A stretch of 32,000 nt of DNA from Chrysotila carterae (taxonomy: Eukaryota), in the NCBI GenBank assembly GCA_054660715.1, contig BAAGDD010003710.1, positions 170,623 through 202,622 on the forward strand. The letters run 5' to 3'. A program made the position numbers and the translations under genes. Below, one piece after another: positions 1-12,200 of the stretch. The notes below the pieces were generated by a model that ran no database searches, was not told the origin of the DNA, and was given only the letters and a program-made list of their open reading frames with translations. Position 1 is the first letter of the stretch. Each line of letters opens with the position of its first letter.

Positions 1-204
1 CGAGCCACGAAACTGATGATTCCTGCGTGGAGCGCAGACGGCCGATGCCCACCCAGCTGGTCGAATAACTTCCAACATGAGGTGGCGCAAGGTCCGAAGA
101 AGCGTCCGATGCACCTACCGACCACGAGAAGCGGCGTCGCCTGTAAAGCAGCTGGCGCGATTCGGAAAGTCCTGCCGATCCTCCAGAAGAGTCCGAGGGA
201 GCTC
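1..204 (-). other. Start of a ninth KR-type module (N-terminal structural region only)
   Basis: Matches the post-KS region 6259-6462 of the 3138-bp repeat. Confidence 0.75.
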
Positions 205-3200
205 GAAGTACCGAATGAGCAATTGTTCCGCTGTAACCAAACGAGCTGAGGCCACACACATCCATAGCACCATCGGCCTGAGTGGTCTGAATGGGAAGCA
301 GGAAGGCCGCAGCCGCCTTTCCAAACCTCTCGCTAATGAGCTCGTTGAGCACTCGCAGCTGTGAGTTTGGCGAGCACAGACGATTCGCGAGCTGCGACTG
401 CACCCTCAGCAGCCCAACCTGCCCTGACGCTGCCTCAGCGTGGCCAACGTTCGCCTTGCACGCACCGACCGACAGTGCAAACGCGCGCGCGCGCGCGCCG
501 TAGACTGCTTGCATCGATCCTGCCTCGGTCGGATCTCCAAGCGCCGTGCCGGTGCCGTGCGCCTCGATGCTCGCCACCTGCTCAGCCGCCAGCGCGGCAC
601 GACCGAGCGCTGCGAGCAGCAGCGTGCGCTGTGCCGAGCCATTGGGCGCTGTGAGACTAGCAGAGCGGCCGTCCTGCCGCACCGCACTGCCGCAGAGCTG
701 CAGCGCGGCCGGAACGCTCGCAAGGAGCGTTGCGGCGCCGACGGCCTCAGACCGCACGTAGCCGTTCGCGCGCGCATCCAGCGTCTTGCAGCGACCATCA
801 ACAGACAGCATGCCGGCAGCAGCAGCGCCGAGCGTCGACTGCGGGGACAGCTTGAGGCTCACCGCCAGCGCCAATGCCTTGCCGCACTCGTCGCCACTGA
901 CTGCAAGTGACGCGGCGTGCAGCGCCACAAGTGCAGATGCGCACGCCGTGTCGATGCTCGCACACGGCCCGTGCAGCCCAAGGGCGAACGACAGCCGACC
1001 AGCCGCAACAGACACATTGTCGCCCGTCACTGCGTACACTGAGCTACGAGCCGCGGCCGACTGCACCTGCGCCCAGTCGGGCCGCTCGATACCGAGGAAG
1101 ACGCCCGCGTCGCCTCCGCTCAGCACGGCGCGTCGTTGCCCGGCGCCATGGAGCGCTTCATACCCGACCTCCAGCAAAAGGCGCTGCTGAGGATCGATCG
1201 CAGCCGCCTCAGCAGGAGACACACCAAACGCGCCGTTGTCAAACCACTGCGCACCGTCCACGAAGCCGCCGTGACGCACGCACAACGCCTGCGTCTCGCT
1301 CAGAGTGTGCACGTCGACCAGCGTCTCCAGTCTCCAGCGAGATGACGGCACACCGCTGACCGCGTCGCCCGAGGCGCACAACAGCAGCCAGCGTGGAACA
1401 GAACGCGCGCAGCCGCCCGGCCAGCGGCCCGACACACCCGACACCGATGGCACGCACGAACCGTCGGGCAGCGCGTTTACGGCCACCGCTGCAGGCGCCG
1501 GCTGCTCGCTGGCCGCCGAGACAAGCTCCAGCAAGTGCAGCGCGATCGCGCGCGCCGTAGGGTACTCAAAGATGAGCGTCGGCGAGAGCGGCGCACCCGT
1601 GAGAGAGCGGAGCCGCGACGAGAACTCTGTGGCTGCAAGAGAATCGATCCCCGCTTGCATCAGTGGCGTCTCGGCGCTGATGGGCTCCGATTGCGCGCCC
1701 GCAAGATCGCGAAGTGTGCTGAGTACTTGTGCTTCAACGGTAGCTTGTCTTTGTGCAAGAGGCACATGTAGTATGCCGCTTTCGAAAAGCTTTAGCTGTG
1801 GCGTAGTGCTTTGGAGTGAATCTTTTGTTGCTGCACCTTGAAGCTCTTCAAAGCGAAGCTGCATGCTGTCTTGCACATCATTCATAAAAGTACTGATGCT
1901 ATGAGCATGAACTACAACAACTTTGCTTTGCAATCCAAAATCTGTGAAAAGGAACTGTTTTAGGCAGGCTGCATATTCTTGCAGTTGGATGGAAAACAGA
2001 CCTCGATATTTTTGTGCCATTAATTGGACGCCGGCCGCCAAATCAGCGCCCATTCCGGCACCCTCTACCAGTGGCCACTGGAATGCTTGCCCGACGTTGC
2101 CATGCGCGCTTCGAGATCGCATTAATGAGTCCAAAAATGCGTTTGCTGCAGCATACGTTCCTTGCCCAACGTTACCGATGCCAGATGCAACGGAGGAATA
2201 GCACACAAACGTTTCAAGCGGCAAGCTCTGCATAGCAGCGTGGTACAAAAAGCAAGCCCCAGCTTTTGACGATGAGGCCTCTTGAAATTGTTTCAGACGT
2301 AAACCTGACGACAAGCCTCGATGGCTATTGCCAGCAGCATGGAGCAACCCTGAAACAGGCGCCGAAAGGCGCACCGAAGCCAACACGTCACTTGCATCTG
2401 CCGCGTCTACTCCACGACATACTAGCTGGTCACGTTGGCTGTGGGTGATCCCTGCTCCCAAGGCCTGTTGCTTGCTTAGTCGGCCAGTGCGAGATATAAG
2501 TAGTACCCGAGAGAAGCCAACACTCAAGATCAGAGACGCCGCATGCAGACCAAGCCCACCAAGCCCACCTGTGATAAGGTATGTAGAATCTCTTTGCGTC
2601 CCGGTAAGCGGAGAAGAAGAATGAAGGGATGACAAGCTGCGGGAGCGGCGTAGGCGAAGCACGCATCTGACGTTATTCGCATTCCAAGCAATTTCCGTCT
2701 CATGAACTGCTTGCACGTTCGTGTCGAGCAAGCACGCTGAGGCAAAATGAGTCGACAAGATTGCACCCGTCAGTTCGCTTCCGCAGCTAACATCGGCACT
2801 TAGAATGTGCATGGTCGGGTGTTCGAGGCGAAGCACACGTAACAAGCCCCAGCAGCCACCATGTGCAGCAGCAGATGACCCGGCAGGACAGCACAAATTT
2901 GCAGATTGTGACCCTAATGTCAGCACTAACAGACATCCAGGTCTTGGCGCTCGCAGCAGCTCCCTTAGCAGCTCAACAATGCTTTGCAAGGCCAAAAGCG
3001 AAGGCAAACTTGTCGCATTATTTCCTAACACAAGAGCCAGCGCGCGACGTTGACTACCCTCGCTGATCAATGATGGACGATGCAGAACACTTAAGCAAGT
3101 AGTTTGCCGTAGCTGCTGGAGCACGAGCCAAGGCGCCTGGGGAGACGAAGACTCGAGCATTACTGCCGACTTCATCCAGCTGCTAATGTAGAGGCTGTGC

Positions 3201-6200
3201 TGCGTCGATCGTCGAAATGGCTGTTCAGTGAGGCCATTCTGTCTCCAAGAAAAGCATCGGCGAATGTAGCCAAGGAAGCTTAGGTGTAGAATCGCATAGG
3301 AGGAACCAGCAAGGAAAGGAACACGCAGCACACCATGCGCAATGGTTCCACTGTAACCAAACGAGCTGAGGCCACACACGTCCATAGCACCACCGGCCTG
3401 AGTGGTCTGGGTGGGAAGCAGGAAGGCCGCAGCCGCCTCTCCAAACCTCTCGCTAATGAGCTCGTTGAGCACTCGCAGCTGTGAGTTTGGCGAGCACAGA
3501 CGATTCGCGAGCTGCGACTGCACCCTCAGCAACCCAACCTGCCCCGACGCTGCCTCAGCGTGGCCAACGTTCGCCTTGCACGCACCGACCGACAGTGCAA
3601 ACGCGCGCGCGCGCGCGCCGTAGACTGCTTGCATCGATCCTGCCTCGGTCGGATCTCCAAGCGCCGTGCCGGTGCCGTGCGCCTCGATGCTCGCCACCTG
3701 CTCAGCCGCCAGCGCGGCACGACCGAGCGCTGCGAGCAGCAGCGTGCGCTGTGCCGAGCCATTGGGCGCTGTGAGACTAGCAGAGCGGCCGTCCTGCCGC
3801 ACCGCACTGCCGCAGAGCTGCAGCGCGGCCGGAGCGCTCGCAAGGAGCGTTGCGGCGCCGACGGCCTCAGACCGCACGTAGCCGTTCGCGCGCGCATCCA
3901 GCGTCTTGCAGCGACCATCGACAGACAGCATGCCGGCAGCAGCAGCGCCGAGCGTCGACTGCGGAGACAGCTTGAGGCTCACCGCCAGCGCCAATGCCTT
4001 GCCGCACTCGTCGCCACTGACTGCAAGTGACGCGGCGTGCAGCGCCACAAGTGCAGATGCGCACGCCGTGTCGATGCTCGCACACGGCCCGTGCAGCCCA
4101 AGGGCGAACGACAGCCGACCAGCCGCAACAGACACATTGTCGCCCGTCACTGCGTACACTGAGCTACGAGCCGCGGCCGACTGCACCTGCGCCCAGTCGG
4201 GCCGCTCGATACCGAGGAAGACGCCCGCGTCGCCTCCGCTCAGCACGGCGCGTCGTTGCCCGGCGCCATGGAGCGCTTCATACCCGACCTCCAGCAAAAG
4301 GCGCTGCTGAGGATCGATCGCAGCCGCCTCAGCAGGAGACACACCAAACGCGCCGTTGTCAAACCACTGCGCACCGTCCACGAAGCCGCCGTGACGCACG
4401 CACAACGCCTGCGTCTCGCTCAGAGTGTGCACGTCGACCAGCGTCTCCAGTCTCCAGCGAGATGACGGCACACCGCTGATCGCGTCGCCCGAGGCGCACA
4501 ACAGCAGCCAGCGTGGAACAGAACGCGCGCAGCCGCCCGGCCAGCGGCCCGACACACCCGTCACCGATGGCACGCGCGAACCGTCGGGCAGCGCGCGTAC
4601 GGCCACCGCTGCAGGCGCCGGCTGCTCGCTGGCCGCCGAGACAAGCTCCAGCAAGTGCAGCGCGATCGCGCGCGCCGTAGGGTACTCAAAGATGAGCGTC
4701 GGCGAGAGCGGCGCACCCGTGAGAGAGCGGAGCCGCGACGAGAACTCGGTGGCTGCGAGAGAATCGATCCCCGCTTGCATCAGTGGCGTCTCGGCGCTGA
4801 TGGGCTCCGACTGCGCGCCCGCAAGATCGCTAAGCGTGCTTACCACCATGGCCTCAACTCGGCTCTGGTGCTGTGCACGTGGTATCGACTCCAACGTTTG
4901 CTCTAAAGCCGTGCGCGTCTTGCGCTCTGGCACGGTGGTCGCTAGTCTTTGGCTTCCATCATCCCGCTCAAAGTCGGCCACAGCACTGATTGCAGCCAGC
5001 CCAAGCCGCTGCTCAAATGCGCGGCTCAAGGGTGCGCGAACTGCTCTCGGTCTGCTTGCAGCCAGTGCAGGCGCAAGCGTGGCCCACAGTGCCTGGGCAA
5101 AGTGGTCCAAGCTGATCGCACCACCAGCTTCAAGCTGCTTAGCATCAAAGGTCGCAGCGCCCATCCCCGCACCAGCAACAGCAGGTATGCCTATGCTTGC
5201 TCCGACAATACCGTGTGCGCAGCGAGTTTCGGCAAGCGAGTCCAAGCAGCTGTTGGCGGCAGCATAGCTGGCCTGGCCGACGTTGCCCAAGAGTGAGGCA
5301 ATGCTCGAGAAAAGTACGAGTGACTCCAACGGCCTGTGCGCAAGTGAGTGGTGCAGGCACGACGCGCCTGCTGCCTTGGGGAAGGAGACCGCGCGTAGGT
5401 CTGCTGCGCTCACGGAACGGAGCAGCTTGTCCCGCAGCACTCCAGCTGCATGCAGCACGCATACTAGGTCTCTACCGGCTGCAAGCAAGAGAGAACGAGT
5501 ATCCTCGCGGTCACCCAGATGAGTCGGGATCAGCTGGACACGCACTTGTGGTAGCTTGAGCAAGGCGTCGAGTTGAGGCTGCAGCCCCTGTCCGTCTCGA
5601 GTGATCTGCACGCTACGCGAGCTCAGAATCACCGTGGCCGCCCCGAGCTCTGACAACAGCGAGGCCGCTCGAAGTCCAAGCCCCCCTAGGCCGCCGGTCA
5701 GCACGAAGGTCGACTTGTACGCCGCAAGCACCGCTGGCTCGTGACTTGACGCGCTGGGCATACTCACCGGACAGCGCCTCAACCGCATCACGCGCACTCG
5801 TGCCGCAGCGTTCATCGACAACTCAGCCTCTCTCGTGTCTTGAGACGGTGAGGACGCGGACATCATGCCCACCTGGCGCGAAGCTGCAAGCACTGCCTCA
5901 ATGCCGGCGCCGCGAGGTGCATCGGCCGTCAGTATACGCAACGCTGGATACTCCAGCCGAAGCACGCGCGACATGCCCCAAAGACCACCGTGCGAGGCGC
6001 CAGAAGCTGCGCCAGGCACATCCAAGGCTGTGTAGTGTGCTGAACGCGTCAGGAGCAGCATGCATATTGGCTGCTGTGTCGAACCCATGAATGCCCTCGT
6101 CAAGAGCACAGCGTAATGCAGAGAAGCCAGCGCGAAGTGAAGGGACGGAGCCACTTCGTGCAGGAATGACAGTGCGCAGCACGCATCGCGATGCAGGTGC

Positions 6201-9200
6201 TGCGTGCCCATCGACGGCTTGGCAAGACGAGACGCCTGTGCGAAGCTAGGTTGGATGACGAGCCACGAAACTGATGATTCCTGCGTGGAGCGCAGACGGC
6301 CGATGCCCACCCAGCTGGTCAAATAACTTCCAACATGAGGTGGCGCAAGGTCCGAAGAAGCGTCCGATGCACCTACCGACCACGAGAAGCGGCGTCGCCT
6401 GTACAGCAGCTGGCGCGATTCGGAAAGTCCTGCCGATCCTCCAGAAGAGTCCGAGGGAGCTCGAAGTACCGAATGAGCAATTGTTCCGCTATAACCAAAC
6501 GAGCTGAGGCCACACGCGTCCATAGCACCATCGGCCTGAGTGGTCTGAATGGGAAGCAGGAAGGCCGCAGCCGCCTCTCCAAACCTCTCGCCAATGAGCT
6601 CGTTGAGCTCTCGCAGCTGTGAGTTTGGCGAGCACAGACGATTCGCGAGCTGCGACTGCACCCTCAGCAACCCAACCTGCCCTGACGCTGCCTCAGCGTG
6701 GCCAACGTTCGCCTTGCACGCACCGACCGACAGTGCAAACGCGCGCGCGCGCGCGCCGTAGACTGCTTGCATCGATCCTGCCTCGGTCGGATCTCCAAGC
6801 GCCGTGCCGGTGCCGTGCGCCTCGATGCTCGCCACCTGCTCAGCCGCCAGCGCGGCACGACCGAGCGCTGCGAGCAGCAGCGTGCGCTGTGCCGAGCCAT
6901 TGGGCGCTGTGAGACTAGCAGAGCGGCCGTCCTGCCGCACCGCACTGCCGCAGAGCTGCAGCGCGGCCGGAGCGCTCGCAAGGAGCGTTGCGGCGCCGAC
7001 GGCCTCAGACCGCACGTAGCCGTTCGCGCGCGCATCCAGCGTCTTGCAGCGACCATCGACAGACAGCATGCCGGCAGCAGCAGCGCCGAGCGTCGACTGC
7101 GGAGACAGCTTGAGGCTCACCGCCAGCGCCAATGCCTTGCCGCACTCGTCGCCACTGACTGCAAGTGACGCGGCGTGCAGCGCCACAAGTGCAGATGCGC
7201 ACGCCGTGTCGATGCTCGCACACGGCCCGTGCAGCCCAAGGGCGAACGACAGCCGACCAGCCGCAACAGACACATTGTCGCCCGTCACTGCGTACACTGA
7301 GCTACGAGCCGCGGCCGACTGCACCTGCGCCCAGTCGGGCCGCTCGATACCGAGGAAGACGCCCGCGTCGCCTCCGCTCAGCACGGCGCGTCGTTGCCCG
7401 GCGCCATGGAGCGCTTCATACCCGACCTCCAGCAAAAGGCGCTGCTGAGGATCGATCGCAGCCGCCTCAGCAGGAGACACACCAAACGCGCCGTTGTCAA
7501 ACCACTGCGCACCGTCCACGAAGCCGCCGTGACGCACGCACAACGCCTGCGTCTCGCTCAGAGTGTGCACGTCGACCAGCGTCTCCAGTCTCCAGCGAGA
7601 TGACGGCACACCGCTGACCGCGTCGCCCGAGGCGCACAACAGCAGCCAGCGTGGAACAGAACGCGCGCAGCCGCCCGGCCAGCGGCCCGACACACCCGTC
7701 ACCGATGGCACGCACGAACCGTCGGGCAGCGCGCGTACGGCCACCGCTGCAGGCGCCGGCTGCTCGCTGGCCGCCGAGACAAGCTCCAGCAAGTGCAGCG
7801 CGATCGCGCGCGCCGTAGGGTACTCAAAGATGAGCGTCGGCGAGAGCGGCGCACCCGTGAGAGAGCGGAGCCGCGACGAGAACTCGGTGGCTGCGAGAGA
7901 ATCGATCCCCGCTTGCATCAGTGGCGTCTCGGCGCTGATGGGCTCCGACTGCGCGCCCGCAAGATCGCTAAGCGTGCTTACCACCATGGCCTCAACTCGG
8001 CTCTGGTGCTGTGCACGTGGAACCGACTCCAACGTTTGCTCTAAAGCTGTGCGCGTCTTGCGCTCTGGTACGGTGGTTGCTAGTCTTTGGCTTCCATCAT
8101 CCCGCTCAAAGTCGGCCACAGCACTGATTGCAGCCAGCCCAAGCCGCTGCTCAAATGCGCGGCTCAAGGGTGCGCGAACTGCTCTCGGTCTGCTTGCAGC
8201 CAGTGCAGGCGCAAGCGTGGCCCACAGTGCCTGGGCAAAGTGGTCCAAGCTGATCGCACCACCAGCTTCAAGCTGCTTAGCATCAAAGGTCGCAGCGCCC
8301 ATCCCCGCACCAGCAACAGCAGGTATGCCTATGCTTGCTCCGACAATACCGTGTGCGCAGCGAGTTTCGGCAAGCGAGTCCAAGCAGCTGTTGGCGGCAG
8401 CATAGCTGGCCTGGCCGACGTTGCCCAAGAGTGAAGCAATGCTCGAGAAAAGTACGAGTGACTCCAGCGGCCTGTGCGCAAGTGAGTGGTGCAGGCACGA
8501 CGCGCCTGCTGCCTTGGGGAAGAAGACCGCGCGTAGGTCTGCTGCGCTCACGGAGCGGAGCAGCTTGTCCCGCAGCACTCCAGCTGCATGCAGCACGCAT
8601 ACTAGGTCTCTACCGGCTGCAAGCAAGAGAGAACGAGTATCCTCGCGGTCACCCAGATGAGTCGGGATCAGCTGGACACGCACTTGTGGTAGCTTGAGCA
8701 AGGCGTCGAGTTGAGGCTGCAGCCCCTGTCCGTCTCGAGTGATCTGCACGCTACGCGAGCTCAGAATCACCGTGGCCGCCCCGAGCTCTGACAACAGCGA
8801 GGCCGCTCGAAGTCCAAGCCCCCCTAGGCCGCCCGTCAGCACGAAGGTCGACTTGTATGCCGCAAGCACCGCTGGCTCGTGACTTGACGCGCTGGGCATA
8901 CTCACCGGACAGCGCCTCAACCGCATCACGCGCACTCGTGCCGCAGCGTTCATCGACAACTCAGCCTCTCTCGTGTCTTGAGACGGTGAGGACGCGGACA
9001 TCATGCCCACCTGGCGCGAAGCTGCAAGCACTGCCTCAATGCCGGCGCCGCGAGGTGCATCGGCCGTCAGTATACGCAACGCTGGATACTCCAGCCGAAG
9101 CACGCGCGACATGCCCCAAAGACCACCGTGCGAGGCGCCAGAAGCCGCGCCAGGCACATCCAAGGCTGTGTAGTGTGCTGAACGCGTCAGGAGCAGCATG

Positions 9201-12200
9201 CATATTGGCTGCTGTGTCGAACCCATGAATGCCCTCGTCAAGAGCACAGCGTAATGCAGAGAAGCCAGCGCGAAGTGAAGGGACGGAGCCTCTTCGTGCA
9301 GGAATGACAATGCGCAGCACGCATCGCGATGCAGGTGCTGCGTGCCCATCGACGGCTTGGCAAGACGAGACGCCTGTGCAAAGCTAGGTTGGATGACGAG
9401 CCACGAAACTGATGATTCCTGCGTGGAGCGCAGACGGCCGATGCCCACCCAGCTGGTCGAATAACTTCCAACATGAGGTGGCGCAAGGTCCGAAGAAGCG
9501 TTCAATGCACCTACCGACCACGAGAAGCGGCGTCGCCTGTACAGCAGCTGGCGCGATTCGGAAAGTCCTGCCGATCCTCCAGAAGAGTCCGAGGGAGCTC
9601 GAAGTACCGAATGAGCAATTGTTCCGCTATAACCAAACGAGCTGAGGCCACACGCGTCCATAGCACCATCGGCCTGAGTGGTCTGAATGGGAAGCAGGAA
9701 GGCCGCAGCCGCCTCTCCAAACCTCTCGCCAATGAGCTCGTTGAGCTCTCGCAGCTGTGAGTTTGGCGAGCACAGACGATTCGCGAGCTGCGACTGCACC
9801 CTCAGCAACCCAACCTGCCCCGACGCTGCCTCAGCGTGGCCAACGTTCGCCTTGCACGCACCGACCGACAGTGCAAACGCGCGCGCGCGCGCGCCGTAGA
9901 CTGCTTGCATCGATCCTGCCTCGGTCGGATCTCCAAGCGCCGTGCCGGTGCCGTGCGCCTCGATGCTCGCCACCTGCTCAGCCGCCAGCGCGGCACGACC
10001 GAGCGCTGCGAGCAGCAGCGTGCGCTGTGCCGAGCCATTGGGCGCTGTGAGACTAGCAGAGCGGCCGTCCTGCCGCACCGCACTGCCGCAGAGCTGCAGC
10101 GCGGCCGGAGCGCTCGCAAGGAGCGTTGCGGCGCCGACGGCCTCAGACCGCACGTAGCCGTTCGCGCGCGCATCCAGCGTCTTGCAGCGACCATCGACAG
10201 ACAACATGCCGGCAGCAGCAGCGCCGAGCGTCGACTGCGGAGACAGCTTGAGGCTCACCGCCAGCGCCAATGCCTTGCCGCACTCGTCGCCACTGACTGC
10301 AAGTGACGCGGCGTGCAGCGCCACAAGTGCAGATGCGCACGCCGTGTCGATGCTCGCACACGGCCCGTGCAGCCCAAGGGCGAACGACAGCCGACCAGCC
10401 GCAACAGACACATTGTCGCCCGTCACTGCGTACACTGAGCTACGAGCCGCGGCCGACTGCACCTGCGCCCAGTCGGGCCGCTCGATACCGAGGAAGACGC
10501 CCGCGTCGCCTCCGCTCAGCACGGCGCGTCGATGCCCGGCGCCATGGAGCGCTTCATACCCGACCTCCAGCAAAAGGCGCTGCTGAGGATCGATCGCAGC
10601 CGCCTCAGCAGGAGACACACCAAACGCGCCGTTGTCAAACCACTGCGCACCGTCCACGAAGCCGCCGTGACGCACGCACAACGCCTGCGTCTCGCTCAGA
10701 GTGTGCACGTCGACCAGCGTCTCCAGTCTCCAGCGAGATGACGGCACACCGCTGATCGCGTCGCCCGAGGCGCACAACAGCAGCCAGCGTGGAACAGAAC
10801 GCGCGCAGCCGCCCGGCCAGCGGCCCGACACACCCGTCACCGATGGCACGCACGAACCGTCGGGCAGCGCGCGTACGGCCACCGCTGCAGGCGCCGGCTG
10901 CTCGCTGGCCGCCGAGACAAGCTCCAGCAAGTGCAGCGCGATCGCGCGCGCCGTAGGGTACTCAAAGATGAGCGTCGGCGAGAGCGGCGCACCCGTGAGA
11001 GAGCGGAGCCGCGACGAGAACTCGGTGGCTGCAAGAGAATCGATCCCCGCTTGCATCAATGGCGTCTCGGCGCTAATGGGCTCCGACTGCGCGCCCGCAA
11101 GATCGCTAAGCGTGCTTACCACCATGGCCTCAACTCGGCTCTGGTGCTGTGCACGTGGAACCGACTCCAACGTTTGCTCTAAAGCCGTGCGCGTCTTGCG
11201 CTCTGGCACGGTGGTCGCTAGTCTTTGGCTTCCATCATCCCGCTCAAAGTCGGCCACAGCACTGATTGCAGCCAGCCCAAGCCGCTGCTCAAATGCGCGG
11301 CTCAAGGGTGCGCGAACTGCTCTCGGTCTGCTTGCAGCCAGTGCAGGCGCAAGCGTGGCCCACAGTGCCTGGGCAAAGTGGTCCAAGCTGATCGCACCAC
11401 CAGCTTCAAGCTGCTTAGCATCAAAGGTCGCAGCGCCCATCCCCGCACCAGCAACAGCAGGTATGCCTATGCTTGCTCCGACAATACCGTGTGCGCAGCG
11501 AGTTTCGGCAAGCGAGTCCAAGCAGCTGTTGGCGGCAGCATAGCTGGCCTGGCCGACGTTGCCCAAGAGTGAGGCAATGCTCGAGAAAAGTACGAGTGAC
11601 TCCAACGGCCTGTGCGCAAGTGAGTGGTGCAGGCACGACGCGCCTGCTGCCTTGGGGAAGGAGACCGCGCGTAGGTCTGCTGCGCTCACGGAACGGAGCA
11701 GCTTGTCCCGCAGCACTCCAGCTGCATGCAGCACGCATACTAGGTCTCTACCGGCTGCAAGCAAGAGAGAACGAGTATCCTCGCGGTCACCCAGATGAGT
11801 CGGGATCAGCTGGACACGCACTTGTGGTAGCTTGAGCAAGGCGTCGAGTTGAGGCTGCAGCCCCTGTCCGTCTCGAGTGATCTGCACGCTACGCGAGCTC
11901 AGAATCACCGTGGCCGCCCCGAGCTCTGACAACAGCGAGGCCGCTCGAAGTCCAAGCCCCCCTAGGCCGCCCGTCAGCACGAAGGTCGACTTGTACGCCG
12001 CAAGCACCGCTGGCTCGTGACTTGACGCGCTGAGCATACTCACCGGACAGCGCCTCAACCGCATCACGCGCACTCGTGCCGCAGCGTTCATCGACAACTC
12101 GACCTCTCTCGTGTCTTGAGACGGTGAGGACGCGGACATCATGCCCACCTGGCGCGAAGCTGCAAGCACTGCCTCAATGTCGGCGCCGCGAGGTGCATCG

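Larger units (their letters stand above)
240..3360. repeat. Fourth, chimeric unit of the same array (3120 bp): ACP-KS part near-identical, KR part divergent
   Basis: 240-~1700 matches 3360-~4820 at offset 3120; ~1700-~3340 does not match at nucleotide level but is still a KR. Confidence 0.92.

Noticed and set aside
440-910. Plus-strand 156-aa ORF (MANVRLARTDRQ...), its copies at 3560, 6698 and 9836, and dozens of other plus-strand ORFs
   Set aside because: They lie antisense to the continuous PKS frame, are Arg/Ala/Ser/Pro-rich shadow translations of GC-rich DNA, and recur only because the PKS modules recur. No independent coding motif seen.
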